Positions 1-11,514 of a stretch of 64,000 bases of DNA are shown here, piece after piece. The stretch lies in the NCBI GenBank assembly GCA_964016885.1, contig OZ024747.1, positions 28,582,001 through 28,646,000 on the forward strand, given 5' to 3'. This stretch comes from Eledone cirrhosa. Lineage: Eukaryota. The notes under the pieces are model-generated. The model was not told the origin of the DNA and ran no database searches. It saw only the letters and a program-made list of their open reading frames with translations. Position 1 is the first letter of the stretch; the number at the start of each line of letters is the position of its first letter. The position numbers were made by a program, and so were the translations under genes.

Positions 1-232
1 ACACATATATATATATATATATACATATATACACATATATAAATACATATATACACACACATATATATGTATATACATATATACACACATATATATGTAT
101 ATACATATATACACACATATATATATACATACACACATATATTAGTCCAGAATTAGCCGTCGAAACGGCTTCAGCTCAGCTGTCGAGGTCCTACTCGTTC
201 CTATATACACACATATATATATATACATATAT

Positions 233-265
<33 letters not shown>

Positions 266-267
<2 letters not shown>

Positions 268-681
268 GTAGGAGGTGAGTTTTATTGTAGTACAATAAAG
301 CAATGCAGATATCGGATAAGAAGCACTCTACAGTTTGTAGGACTGGAGTATACATAATATATAAGATCAAAAGATGGTTAAAGGAGTTCCATGTATTTTA
401 TTATGCGCATTTCAAAAACAAACATCATCATGCAATAATATTTGTGTTTTCATCAGATAAAACAGGAGAACATGATATGAAGGCTAAAAAACACTTGTGG
501 ATAGTGCAGTTATGTTGATTTAAAACTGCACTATCCACAAGTGTTTTTTAGCCTTCATATCATGTTCTCCTGTTTTATCTGATGAAAACACAAATATTAT
601 TGCATGATGATGTTTGTTTTTGAAATGCGCATAATAAAATACATGGAACTCCTTTAACCATCTTTTGATCTTATATATTAT
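266..681. mobile_element. Penelope-like terminal (pLTR) remnant forming a perfect palindrome plus an unpaired tail
   Basis: Arms 354-511 and 524-681 (158 bp) are reverse complements around a 12-nt loop, and each arm contains an HHR. About 85 nt of unpaired tail lies at 266-353. The element is flanked by (TA)n. Confidence 0.75.
572..640 (+). ncRNA. Type I hammerhead ribozyme (mirror copy on minus strand at 395-463)
   Basis: gttttat-CTGATGA(579-585)-long stem II-GAAA(622-625)-tgcgca-TA^ataaaat. Stem I is ttttat/ataaaa and stem III is the palindrome ATGCGCAT. Confidence 0.85.
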
Positions 682-697
682 AGATATATATATACAC

Positions 698-734
<37 letters not shown>

Positions 735-741
735 ATATACT

Positions 742-825
742 TGTCAGAAGTGGGATTCAAACCCACGCCGGAAAGACCCGACTGCGACCTCAACGCAGCG
801 CCTTAGACCGCTCGGCCATCCTGAC
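742..825 (-). tRNA. tRNA-Leu gene or pseudogene with a CAG-type body and a GAG anticodon
   Basis: Reverse complement reads GTCAGGATGGCCGAGCGGTCTAAGGCGCTGCGTT-GAG-GTCGCAGTCGGGTCTTTCCGGCGTGGGTTTGAATCCCACTTCTGACA. It folds into a cloverleaf with a long variable arm. The T-loop is TTTGAAT instead of TTCGAAT. Confidence 0.9.
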
Positions 826-1207
826 TAGATACACTACCGTATATTTTGGTAGATTTATCTACATATATATATAGATATATATATATAGAAAGGATAAAAG
901 GACGATTTATTATTCCTTCATTGCATTTATTGATAGGTGATGCGCGTTTCGCCACTGATCAGCTCAAGGTTCGATCTATATATATATATATATATATACA
1001 TATATACACATATATATATATACATGTATATATATATATATATATACACATATATACACATATATACACATATATATATATATATATATATACATATATA
1101 CACATATATATATATATACACATATATATATACACATATATATATATATATATATACACATATATATATACACATATATATATATATATACACATATATA
1201 TATACAC

Positions 1208-1238
<31 letters not shown>

Positions 1239-1339
1239 CACACATATATATATATATACATATATACACATATATATATATATACATATATACATACACA
1301 TATATATATATACACATATATATATATACACATATATAT

Positions 1340-1681
1340 GGAGGCACATGGCTTAGTGGCTAGAGCATTGGCCTTGCAATCGAAAGGTTGTGAGTTCAAT
1401 TCTCAGACCAGGTGATGTGTTGTTTCCTTGAGCAAGACACTTTATTTCACATTGCTCCAGTTTACTCAGCTGTAGAAATGAGATGATAGGGACTGGGGTC
1501 CCTATCATTCCACTGCAAAGTGGTCGTGGAGGTGCCACGGCAAAAAAGCACCCAGCACTCACTGTAAATGAGGTTGGCGTTAGGAAGGGCATCCAGCTGT
1601 AGAAATCAAGCCAGAATCAGTTCCCGTCCCACCCTTGCAAGCAGGGAAAAGCAGACATAAAATGATGATGATGATGATGAT
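1340..1681 (+). mobile_element. tRNA-derived SINE with an RTE-LINE-derived 3' tail and (TGA)n end
   Basis: Has an A-box-like TGGCTTAGTGG and a B-box-like GAGTTCAATTC. The last ~55 nt match the RTE 3' end at 25399-25461. A near-identical inverted copy lies at 31301-31643. Confidence 0.85.
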
Positions 1682-1857
1682 ATATACACATATATATATA
1701 TATATTGAGTACTTTGGTGCGTTATGGTCCACCTGGTTCCTTACCACATTTCCTTCGTTATACATATATACATATATATATACACATATATATATATACA
1801 CATATATATATACACATATATATATATACACATATATATATACACACATATATATAT

Positions 1858-1902
<45 letters not shown>

Positions 1903-1918
1903 TATATATATATATATA

Positions 1919-2265
1919 TCATTTCTGAATTTGTTTAGCAGGATTCTTTATCTGAAAACGGGTGTTGAAACCGATATTGTTATACTTTGGGAGGGTCATG
2001 TTGCCAATAAGAAACACATGCACCAGTTGCTTTCACTTCAATTTATTATAATAAATTTATAAATTTAGGAATTTATAAATTTCCGGTTGGTTGGTTGGTT
2101 CCACAACCAGATGGTTGTTTATATATTGTCAAAGTTCTTTCGTCACACATTCTGTGACCTCTTCAGTGACTGGAGATTCTTTTCTTTGTTTTTGTGCCTC
2201 TCCTTTGTTCTGTCCTACGCCATCTCGTTTCTGTGTGTGACTTGTGACAACACACACACAGAAAC
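1919..2265 (-). mobile_element. PLE pLTR fragment (same family as 28329-29206) with an HHR at 2128-2170
   Basis: Highly similar to 28329-28640. Minus strand reads gtca-CTGAAGA-g-gtcaca gaatg tgtgac-GAAA-gaac-TT^tgac. Confidence 0.85.
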
Positions 2266-2268
2266 AAG

Positions 2269-2526
2269 TGGAATGATAGGGACCCCAGTCCCTATCATTC
2301 CACTGTAAAGTGGTCGTGGAGGTGCCATGGCAAAAAAGCACCCAGCGCTCACTGTAAAGTGGTCGTGGAGGTGCCACAGCAAAAAAGCACCCAGCACTCA
2401 CTGTAAATGATGTTGGTGTTAGGAAGGGCATTGAGCTGTAGAAATCAAGCCAGAATCAGTTCCCGTCCCACCCTTGCAAGCAGGGAAAAAGCGGACGTAA
2501 AATGAAATGATGATGAAAAATGATGA
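2269..2526 (+). mobile_element. 5'-truncated SINE/RTE tail with a duplicated ~50-bp subrepeat
   Basis: Matches 1483-1681 and ends in tgatga followed by (TA)n. Confidence 0.8.
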
Positions 2527-2615
2527 TATATATATATATATATACACATATATATATATATATACATACACATATATATATATATATATATACACATATA
2601 TATATATATATATAT

Positions 2616-2698
<83 letters not shown>

Positions 2699-2755
2699 CA
2701 TATATATATACATATATACATATATATATACATATATATATACATATATATATAC

Positions 2756-2976
<221 letters not shown>

Positions 2977-2987
2977 TATATATATAT

Positions 2988-3305
2988 ATGTAAGTATGCA
3001 TGTATACGTACATACATATATGTATACAGACGTACAGTAGCATGCACATATATATATAAATTCAGGCTGTTCAGTTTGTTTACAAACGAACAAAGCGACG
3101 TTATAATAAGCGCCGCTAAACTGATACGTGCATGTATGTATGTGTACCTGTATGGATATGTATGTATATATGTATATATATATATGTGCATGCTACTGTA
3201 CGTCTGTATACATATATGTATGTATGTATACATGCATACTTACATTTAAGTAAGTGCCATACTAAGAGTGAGAAATGAAATTTCGTTTTCATTTTGTTTC
3301 AATTT
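2988..3305 (+). mobile_element. Diverged partial relative of the 422-bp HHR repeat with a 5' inverted duplication
   Basis: Shares the blocks tttgtttacaaac, ttataataa, atacgtgcat, tactgtacgtc.gtatacatatatgtatgta and tactaagagtg.gaaatgaaat with the array unit. 2988-3058 is the reverse complement of 3175-3245. Confidence 0.85.
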
Positions 3306-3323
3306 ATATATATATATATATAT

Positions 3324-3871
<548 letters not shown>

Positions 3872-3974
3872 TATATATATATATATACACATATATATAT
3901 ATATATACACATATATATATATATATACACATATATATATATATATACACATATATATATATATATATATACAC

Positions 3975-4183
<209 letters not shown>

Positions 4184-4196
4184 TATATATATATAT

Positions 4197-4265
<69 letters not shown>

Positions 4266-4356
4266 TATATATATATATATACACACACATATATATATAT
4301 ATATATATACACACACATATATATATATATATACACACACATATATATATATATAT

Positions 4357-4395
<39 letters not shown>

Positions 4396-4446
4396 TATAT
4401 ATATATATATATATACACACACATATATATATATATATATACACAC

Positions 4447-4555
<109 letters not shown>

Positions 4556-4628
4556 CATATATATATATATATACACATATATATATATATATATATACAC
4601 ATATATATATATATATATACACATACAC

Positions 4629-4659
<31 letters not shown>

Positions 4660-4676
4660 TATATATACACATACAC

Positions 4677-4707
<31 letters not shown>

Positions 4708-4736
4708 TATATATACACATATATATATATATATAT

Positions 4737-4783
<47 letters not shown>

Positions 4784-4790
4784 TATATAT

Positions 4791-4825
<35 letters not shown>

Positions 4826-4828
<3 letters not shown>

Positions 4829-7800
4829 CGTTCCTTTGTCAGTGTTGAACAAACGAGCAACGGTGGTTGCTAGACACTACGGCTTAATACGGGATGTTTG
4901 TTTACAAACACACCGAGCATTATAATAAATGTTCGGTGAATCCATACGTGCATATATATATGTGTGCATGTATGTATATATATATATACATACTACTGTA
5001 CGTCGGTATACATATATGTATGTACGTGTACATACTTATATTTAAGTAACAGCCGTACTAAGAGTGGGAAATGAAATATCGTTTCATTTTTTCCGTTTAT
5101 CGTTTTCGGTGCACCCGGCCGATTAACCCACTCGATATGCATATTGGGCTACTCAGCCGTTAATATGCATAAGGTAAGTATATACGTTCAACAATCTGGC
5201 AGGAAGGTATACGTTGCTGACGATAGCTAACAAGCTTGAAACTAGTACAGCGTTCCTTTGTCAGTGTTGAACAAACGAGCAACGGTGGTTGCTAGACACT
5301 ACGGCTTAATACGGGATGTTTGTTTACAAACACACCGAGCATTATAATAAATGTTCGGTGAATCCATACGTGCATATATATATGTGTGCATGTATGTATA
5401 TATATATATACATACTACTGTACGTCGGTATACATATATGTATGTACGTGTACATACTTATATTTAAGTAACAGCTGTACTAAGAGTGGGAAATGAAATA
5501 TCGTTTCATTTTTTCCGTTTATCGTTTTCGGTGCACCCGGCCGATTAACCCACTCGATATGCATATTGGGCTACTCAGCCGTTAATATGCATAAGGTAAG
5601 TATATACGTTCAACAATCTGGCAGGAAGGTATACGTTGCTGACGATAGCTAACAAGCTTGAAACTAGTACAGCGTTCCTTTGTCAGTGTTGAACAAACGA
5701 GCAACGGTGGTTGCTAGACACTACGGCTTAATACGGGATGTTTGTTTACAAACACACCGAGCATTATAATAAATGTTCGGTGAATCCATACGTGCATATA
5801 TATATGTGTGCATGTATGTATATATATATATACATACTACTGTACGTCGGTATACATATATGTATGTACGTGTACATACTTATATTTAAGTAACAGCCGT
5901 ACTAAGAGTGGGAAATGAAATATCGTTTCATTTTTTCCGTTTATCGTTTTCGGTGCACCCGGCCGATTAACCCACTCGATATGCATATTGGGCTACTCAG
6001 CCGTTAATATGCATAAGGTAAGTATATACGTTCAACAATCTGGCAGGAAGGTATACGTTGCTGACGATAGCTAACAAGCTTGAAACTAGTACAGCGTTCC
6101 TTTGTCAGTGTTGAACAAACGAGCAACGGTGGTTGCTAGACACTACGGCTTAATACGGGATGTTTGTTTACAAACACACCGAGCATTATAATAAATGTTC
6201 GGTGAATCCATACGTGCATATATATATGTGTGCATGTATGTATATATATATATACATACTACTGTACGTCGGTATACATATATGTATGTACGTGTACATA
6301 CTTATATTTAAGTAACAGCCGTACTAAGAGTGGGAAATGAAATATCGTTTCATTTTTTCCGTTTATCGTTTTCGGTGCACCCGGCCGATTAACCCACTCG
6401 ATATGCATATTGGGCTACTCAGCCGTTAATATGCATAAGGTAAGTATATACGTTCAACAATCTGGCAGGAAGGTATACGTTGCTGACGATAGCTAACAAG
6501 CTTGAAACTAGTACAGCGTTCCTTTGTCAGTGTTGAACAAACGAGCAACGGTGGTTGCTAGACACTACGGCTTAATACGGGATGTTTGTTTACAAACACA
6601 CCGAGCATTATAATAAATGTTCGGTGAATCCATACGTGCATATATATATGTGTGCATGTATGTATATATATATATACATACTACTGTACGTCGGTATACA
6701 TATATGTATGTACGTGTACATACTTATATTTAAGTAACAGCCGTACTAAGAGTGGGAAATGAAATATCGTTTCATTTTTTCCGTTTATCGTTTTCGGTGC
6801 ACCCGGCCGATTAACCCACTCGATATGCATATTGGGCTACTCAGCCGTTAATATGCATAAGGTAAGTATATACGTTCAACAATCTGGCAGGAAGGTATAC
6901 GTTGCTGACGATAGCTAACAAGCTTGAAACTAGTACAGCGTTCCTTTGTCAGTGTTGAACAAACGAGCAACGGTGGTTGCTAGACACTACGGCTTAATAC
7001 GGGATGTTTGTTTACAAACACACCGAGCATTATAATAAATGTTCGGTGAATCCATACGTGCATATATATATGTGTGCATGTATGTATATATATATATACA
7101 TACTACTGTACGTCGGTATACATATATGTATGTACGTGTACATACTTATATTTAAGTAACAGCCGTACTAAGAGTGGGAAATGAAATATCGTTTCATTTT
7201 TTCCGTTTATCGTTTTCGGTGCACCCGGCCGATTAACCCACTCGATATGCATATTGGGCTACTCAGCCGTTAATATGCATAAGGTAAGTATATACGTTCA
7301 ACAATCTGGCAGGAAGGTATACGTTGCTGACGATAGCTAACAAGCTTGAAACTAGTACAGCGTTCCTTTGTCAGTGTTGAACAAACGAGCAACGGTGGTT
7401 GCTAGACACTACGGCTTAATACGGGATGTTTGTTTACAAACACACCGAGCATTATAATAAATGTTCGGTGAATCCATACGTGCATATATATATGTGTGCA
7501 TGTATGTATATATATATATACATACTACTGTACGTCGGTATACATATATGTATGTACGTGTACATACTTATATTTAAGTAACAGCCGTACTAAGAGTGGG
7601 AAATGAAATATCGTTTCATTTTTTCCGTTTATCGTTTTCGGTGCACCCGGCCGATTAACCCACTCGATATGCATATTGGGCTACTCAGCCGTTAATATGC
7701 ATAAGGTAAGTATATACGTTCAACAATCTGGCAGGAAGGTATACGTTGCTGACGATAGCTAACAAGCTTGAAACTAGTACAGCGTTCCTTTGTCAGTGTT

Positions 7801-8417
7801 GAACAAACGAGCAACGGTGGTTGCTAGACACTACGGCTTAATACGGGATGTTTGTTTACAAACACACCGAGCATTATAATAAATGTTCGGTGAATCCATA
7901 CGTGCATATATATATGTGTGCATGTATGTATATATATATATACATACTACTGTACGTCGGTATACATATATGTATGTACGTGTACATACTTATATTTAAG
8001 TAACAGCCGTACTAAGAGTGGGAAATGAAATATCGTTTCATTTTTTCCGTTTATCGTTTTCGGTGCACCCGGCCGATTAACCCACTCGATATGCATATTG
8101 GGCTACTCAGCCGTTAATATGCATAAGGTAAGTATATACGTTCAACAATCTGGCAGGAAGGTATACGTTGCTGACGATAGCTAACAAGCTTGAAACTAGT
8201 ACAGCGTTCCTTTGTCAGTGTTGAACAAACGAGCAACGGTGGTTGCTAGACACTACGGCTTAATACGGGATGTTTGTTTACAAACACACCGAGCATTATA
8301 ATAAATGTTCGGTGAATCCATACGTGCATATATATATGTGTGCATGTATGTATATATATATATACATACTACTGTACGTCGGTATACATATATGTATGTA
8401 CGTGTACATACTTATAT
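4826..8417 (+). repeat. Tandem array of a 422-bp unit (8 full copies + 216 bp), retrozyme-like, with one HHR per junction
   Basis: tacagcgttcc recurs at 4824, 5246, 5668, 6090, 6512, 6934, 7356, 7778 and 8200. Only one difference between units was noticed (C>T at 5476). The array is embedded in (TA)n. Confidence 0.97.
5186..5272 (+). ncRNA. Type I hammerhead ribozyme with extended stem I (first of 8 copies, period 422)
   Basis: acgttg-CTGACGA(5217-5223)-tagct aaca agctt-GAAA(5238-5241)-ctag-TA^cagcgt, with cleavage predicted after 5247. Stem I extends through aagg/cctt, ctggca/tgtcag and gttcaaca/tgttgaac. Confidence 0.93.
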
Positions 8418-8453
8418 ATACACATATATATATATATACACATATATATATAT

Positions 8454-8490
<37 letters not shown>

Positions 8491-8503
8491 TATATATATA
8501 TAT

Positions 8504-10798
8504 ATATTATAATGAAATGACAGGAGGCTGGATTTGTGTAAATCCTTGAAAGGTTTAAATGTAATAATGAACAGCGGCATGGGACTGAATATATCTAACC
8601 ACCATTCGGACTGTGGCTACTCGGTGTTTTTCGCCTACCGCCAACCTGGCCCATGGCTACTTCCCTCTCAGAATATTCGGACCTCGACGAAACTCTACGG
8701 ATTATACCATAACATGTATTGTACTGCACTGTATCAACTGAATTCGCTACCCTATACTTCTGGGCATGTATAACTCCCACTGAATTCCCAGACTCGAACA
8801 CACACTGACTCCATTTCCACATCTATATGCATTATCTGACTGTAACTTGAACTATATTGTATTTCTCCTGTGTCTTGAACTATCCATTTACCCGACTCTT
8901 GTTTGTTTATTTATATCTTTATATATTTATTTGCTGTATTAATGCTTTTCCACATATTCTACCTCTATACATCCATGTACTTTTTACTTCCCTTATTCGG
9001 ACTTTTACTCGCGTGTACCCTTAGCACACGACACTGGAATGTCTCCCCCTGGGAACATTAATACTGCAACCTGAACTATATTGTACTTCTACTATGTCTT
9101 GTTTTCTCCATCTTACTCCAACACCACTCTTGTTGGTTTATTTACATATTTATATTTATATATTGATATATTTATATATTTATACCTTTGCTTTATCAAT
9201 GTGCTCTTCCACGTATTCCTCTTCTATGTATCCATGTATTTCTACTCCTCCTATTGGGACTTTTGCTCACTTGTCCCCATTAGCACACGACACTAGAATG
9301 TCTCCCCCTGAGAACAAAAATAAATATTACCCGACTATATCCCGTACTCTACATCCCACTAGGGTAAATTATAGATCTACATAATACAATTAACGTCTCT
9401 TCAAAAAAGACTCTCTTTAATTAAACCCCGCAACCCAAAACCTTATATAAGTTTTTTTTAAATGTTTGATTTTCAATTTTCTGTTTGTTCAATTCTCAAT
9501 CCTCTTACTCTTTAATTTTATAATGTTATTCTGAATTCCTTCAACTTCATCCTATAAATTTAAACAATATTTTAGAGTTCCAACTTTCTGTCGGACTGTT
9601 GGGTGGGTTTTAATGGCGGCGCACCCTGAGGCAAGGGCCTACCTTGAGTGCTTGGAAAAATAAATTTCCCCTTCTTTCGGTAAATGAAAATACTCGGAGT
9701 GGCTTAATTCGTCCTGGAGCGCGGCCGGTTTTTAACCGCCACATAGTACCTTTAAATTACAGACCAAATCAGAAATATTAGATATATCAACCTTAAAATG
9801 TTAAACTGTTTAACTTTAAATTTTCTAATTTCTTTGATATTAATTATTAATTTTTAACTTCATCCTATAAGTCTAAACAAAAACGTAACGTTTCAATCTT
9901 CTGCTCACACATTATAACACACTGACCCCCACTATATTCACCTCTGCTAAGATACGGGTCCCTGTGAAAATTTTCTCGCGCCACTCCTGGCCTGACTGTA
10001 GTCTGACATTAATATCGACCTTTCTTCCTCTTTCTTTCTATCTTCCTTCTTGTAGCCATCAACCCTTACTCTTCTACTTCTTCCTTTTCTTCCTTCTCTT
10101 CTCCCCTCTTTCTGTCTTCCTCCCGCAGACTTATCTTCCTTCTCCCTCTTTGTTCGCCCATATCTGACCGGTAGTAGTTGTTTAGATACGGGTCCCGTAG
10201 AATAAAAAAATTTCTTCGCGACAACCCTGGCCTGACTGTAATACCGTCCTTTCCTCCTCTTTCTTTCTGTCTTTCTTCTTATAGCTGACATTAACCCTGG
10301 CTTCTCCTCTTCTTCCTTCCCCCTTCTTCTCTCTCCTTCCTTTCTTTCTTTCTTTTGTCTTGTAACTTATGTTCCCATCCCTTTCTGTTTTCCTTTATCT
10401 GACCGGTAGTAGCACACTGTGAGCCTTAGCCACGTCACTCGAGGGCGACCGGCTAAGATAGAGGGTGCAAGATAGCGGTCGCCCTCGGGTCCTCGATTTT
10501 TAGCCCCATGGATTTTATCTATTACATTCACGTATTATATTTTAAATACCTGATGATATCACCGGATTCACACGAAACCCGGTCATTGAAATGATCATAG
10601 TATAATAAACCTTTCAAGGATTTACACAAATCCAGCCTCCTATCATTTCATTATAATATTTAACTCCGTAATAGCACCACCAACTACAAAAACAAAGACG
10701 GTTGAACTGCTTTACGTTGAGTACTCTCTATATTATTACATTACGATTGACCATACGGAATAGACCAGCTCTATACAGTGGTGAACCACAAACCTGAA
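8504..10798 (+). mobile_element. 5'-truncated PLE 3' region (~2.3 kb) with an inverted pLTR piece, internal duplications and an HHR
   Basis: 8504-8557 is the reverse complement of 10606-10659. Diverged direct repeats lie at ~8845-9055/9065-9315 and ~9948-10175/10183-10412. There is a GC hairpin at ~10440-10488 and an HHR at 10546-10603. Confidence 0.75.
10546..10603 (+). ncRNA. Type I hammerhead ribozyme
   Basis: atac-CTGATGA-tatcaccgg...ccggtcatt-GAAA-tgatca-TA^gtat. Stem III is the palindrome ATGATCAT. Confidence 0.85.
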
Positions 10799-10842
10799 TA
10801 TATATATATATATATACACACATATATATATATATATATATA

Positions 10843-11485
10843 TTGGCTTTGATAGATCCATCCACTGAGCTGTTCCACCACCATGTCTGACTGACTGGTA
10901 CTCTACTCCAGCCATCCTCTACATCAAAGGTATCTAGCTCATCACTTCTCTCATCAAATGCATCCTGCAGGGCCTTTCTAAACCTATATTTAATTGAGAG
11001 GTGCCTCCATCTCCATATTTTCCTGCATGTGTTGTTCTCTCTCATGTCTATTTTGATGTCACTAATAACTAACTTGTGCTGGGCAGTGCATTCCTCCCCA
11101 GGGAAAGGCTTAGTATTTATTACAGACCTTTTGTCTTGTTGTCAAACAGATGAATAGTCAATTTGGCTTTTGTGTTCACCTGATTGATATGAGATTAGGT
11201 GGCTGGTTGGTTTCCTGAAATATGTGTTGCAAATGGTTAGTTCATTTGTGTCATAAAATTTCCAGGAGTCTCAATCCCTCTTCATTTCTTGAGCCATAAC
11301 CATAATCACCATGAACTCCACTGAATCCATACTGGTACTGCCCCACATGCTCATTGAAGTTGCCTATCAGGATGATGAGGTCACCTTTATCAGTACCTGA
11401 AATCATCTGTAAAAGTTCTTCATAAAACCTGTCTTTTTGTTCTTTACTCGGTGCTACCTGTGGAACATAGGAAATGTAATTCATA
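10843..11485 (-). mobile_element. Degenerate RTE-clade LINE fragment (AP-endonuclease region)
   Basis: ORF pieces YVPQV...KDRFYEELL...GNFNEHVG...RNEEGLRLLE and TWWWNSSVD resemble the element at 25399-28320. Confidence 0.85.
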
Positions 11486-11514
11486 TATATATATATATAT
11501 ATATAAATATATAG

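Noticed and set aside
4826-8417. CRISPR array or protein-coding repeat
   Set aside because: There are no unique spacers or cas genes, the context is eukaryotic, and the 422-bp unit is not a multiple of 3 and has no long ORF.
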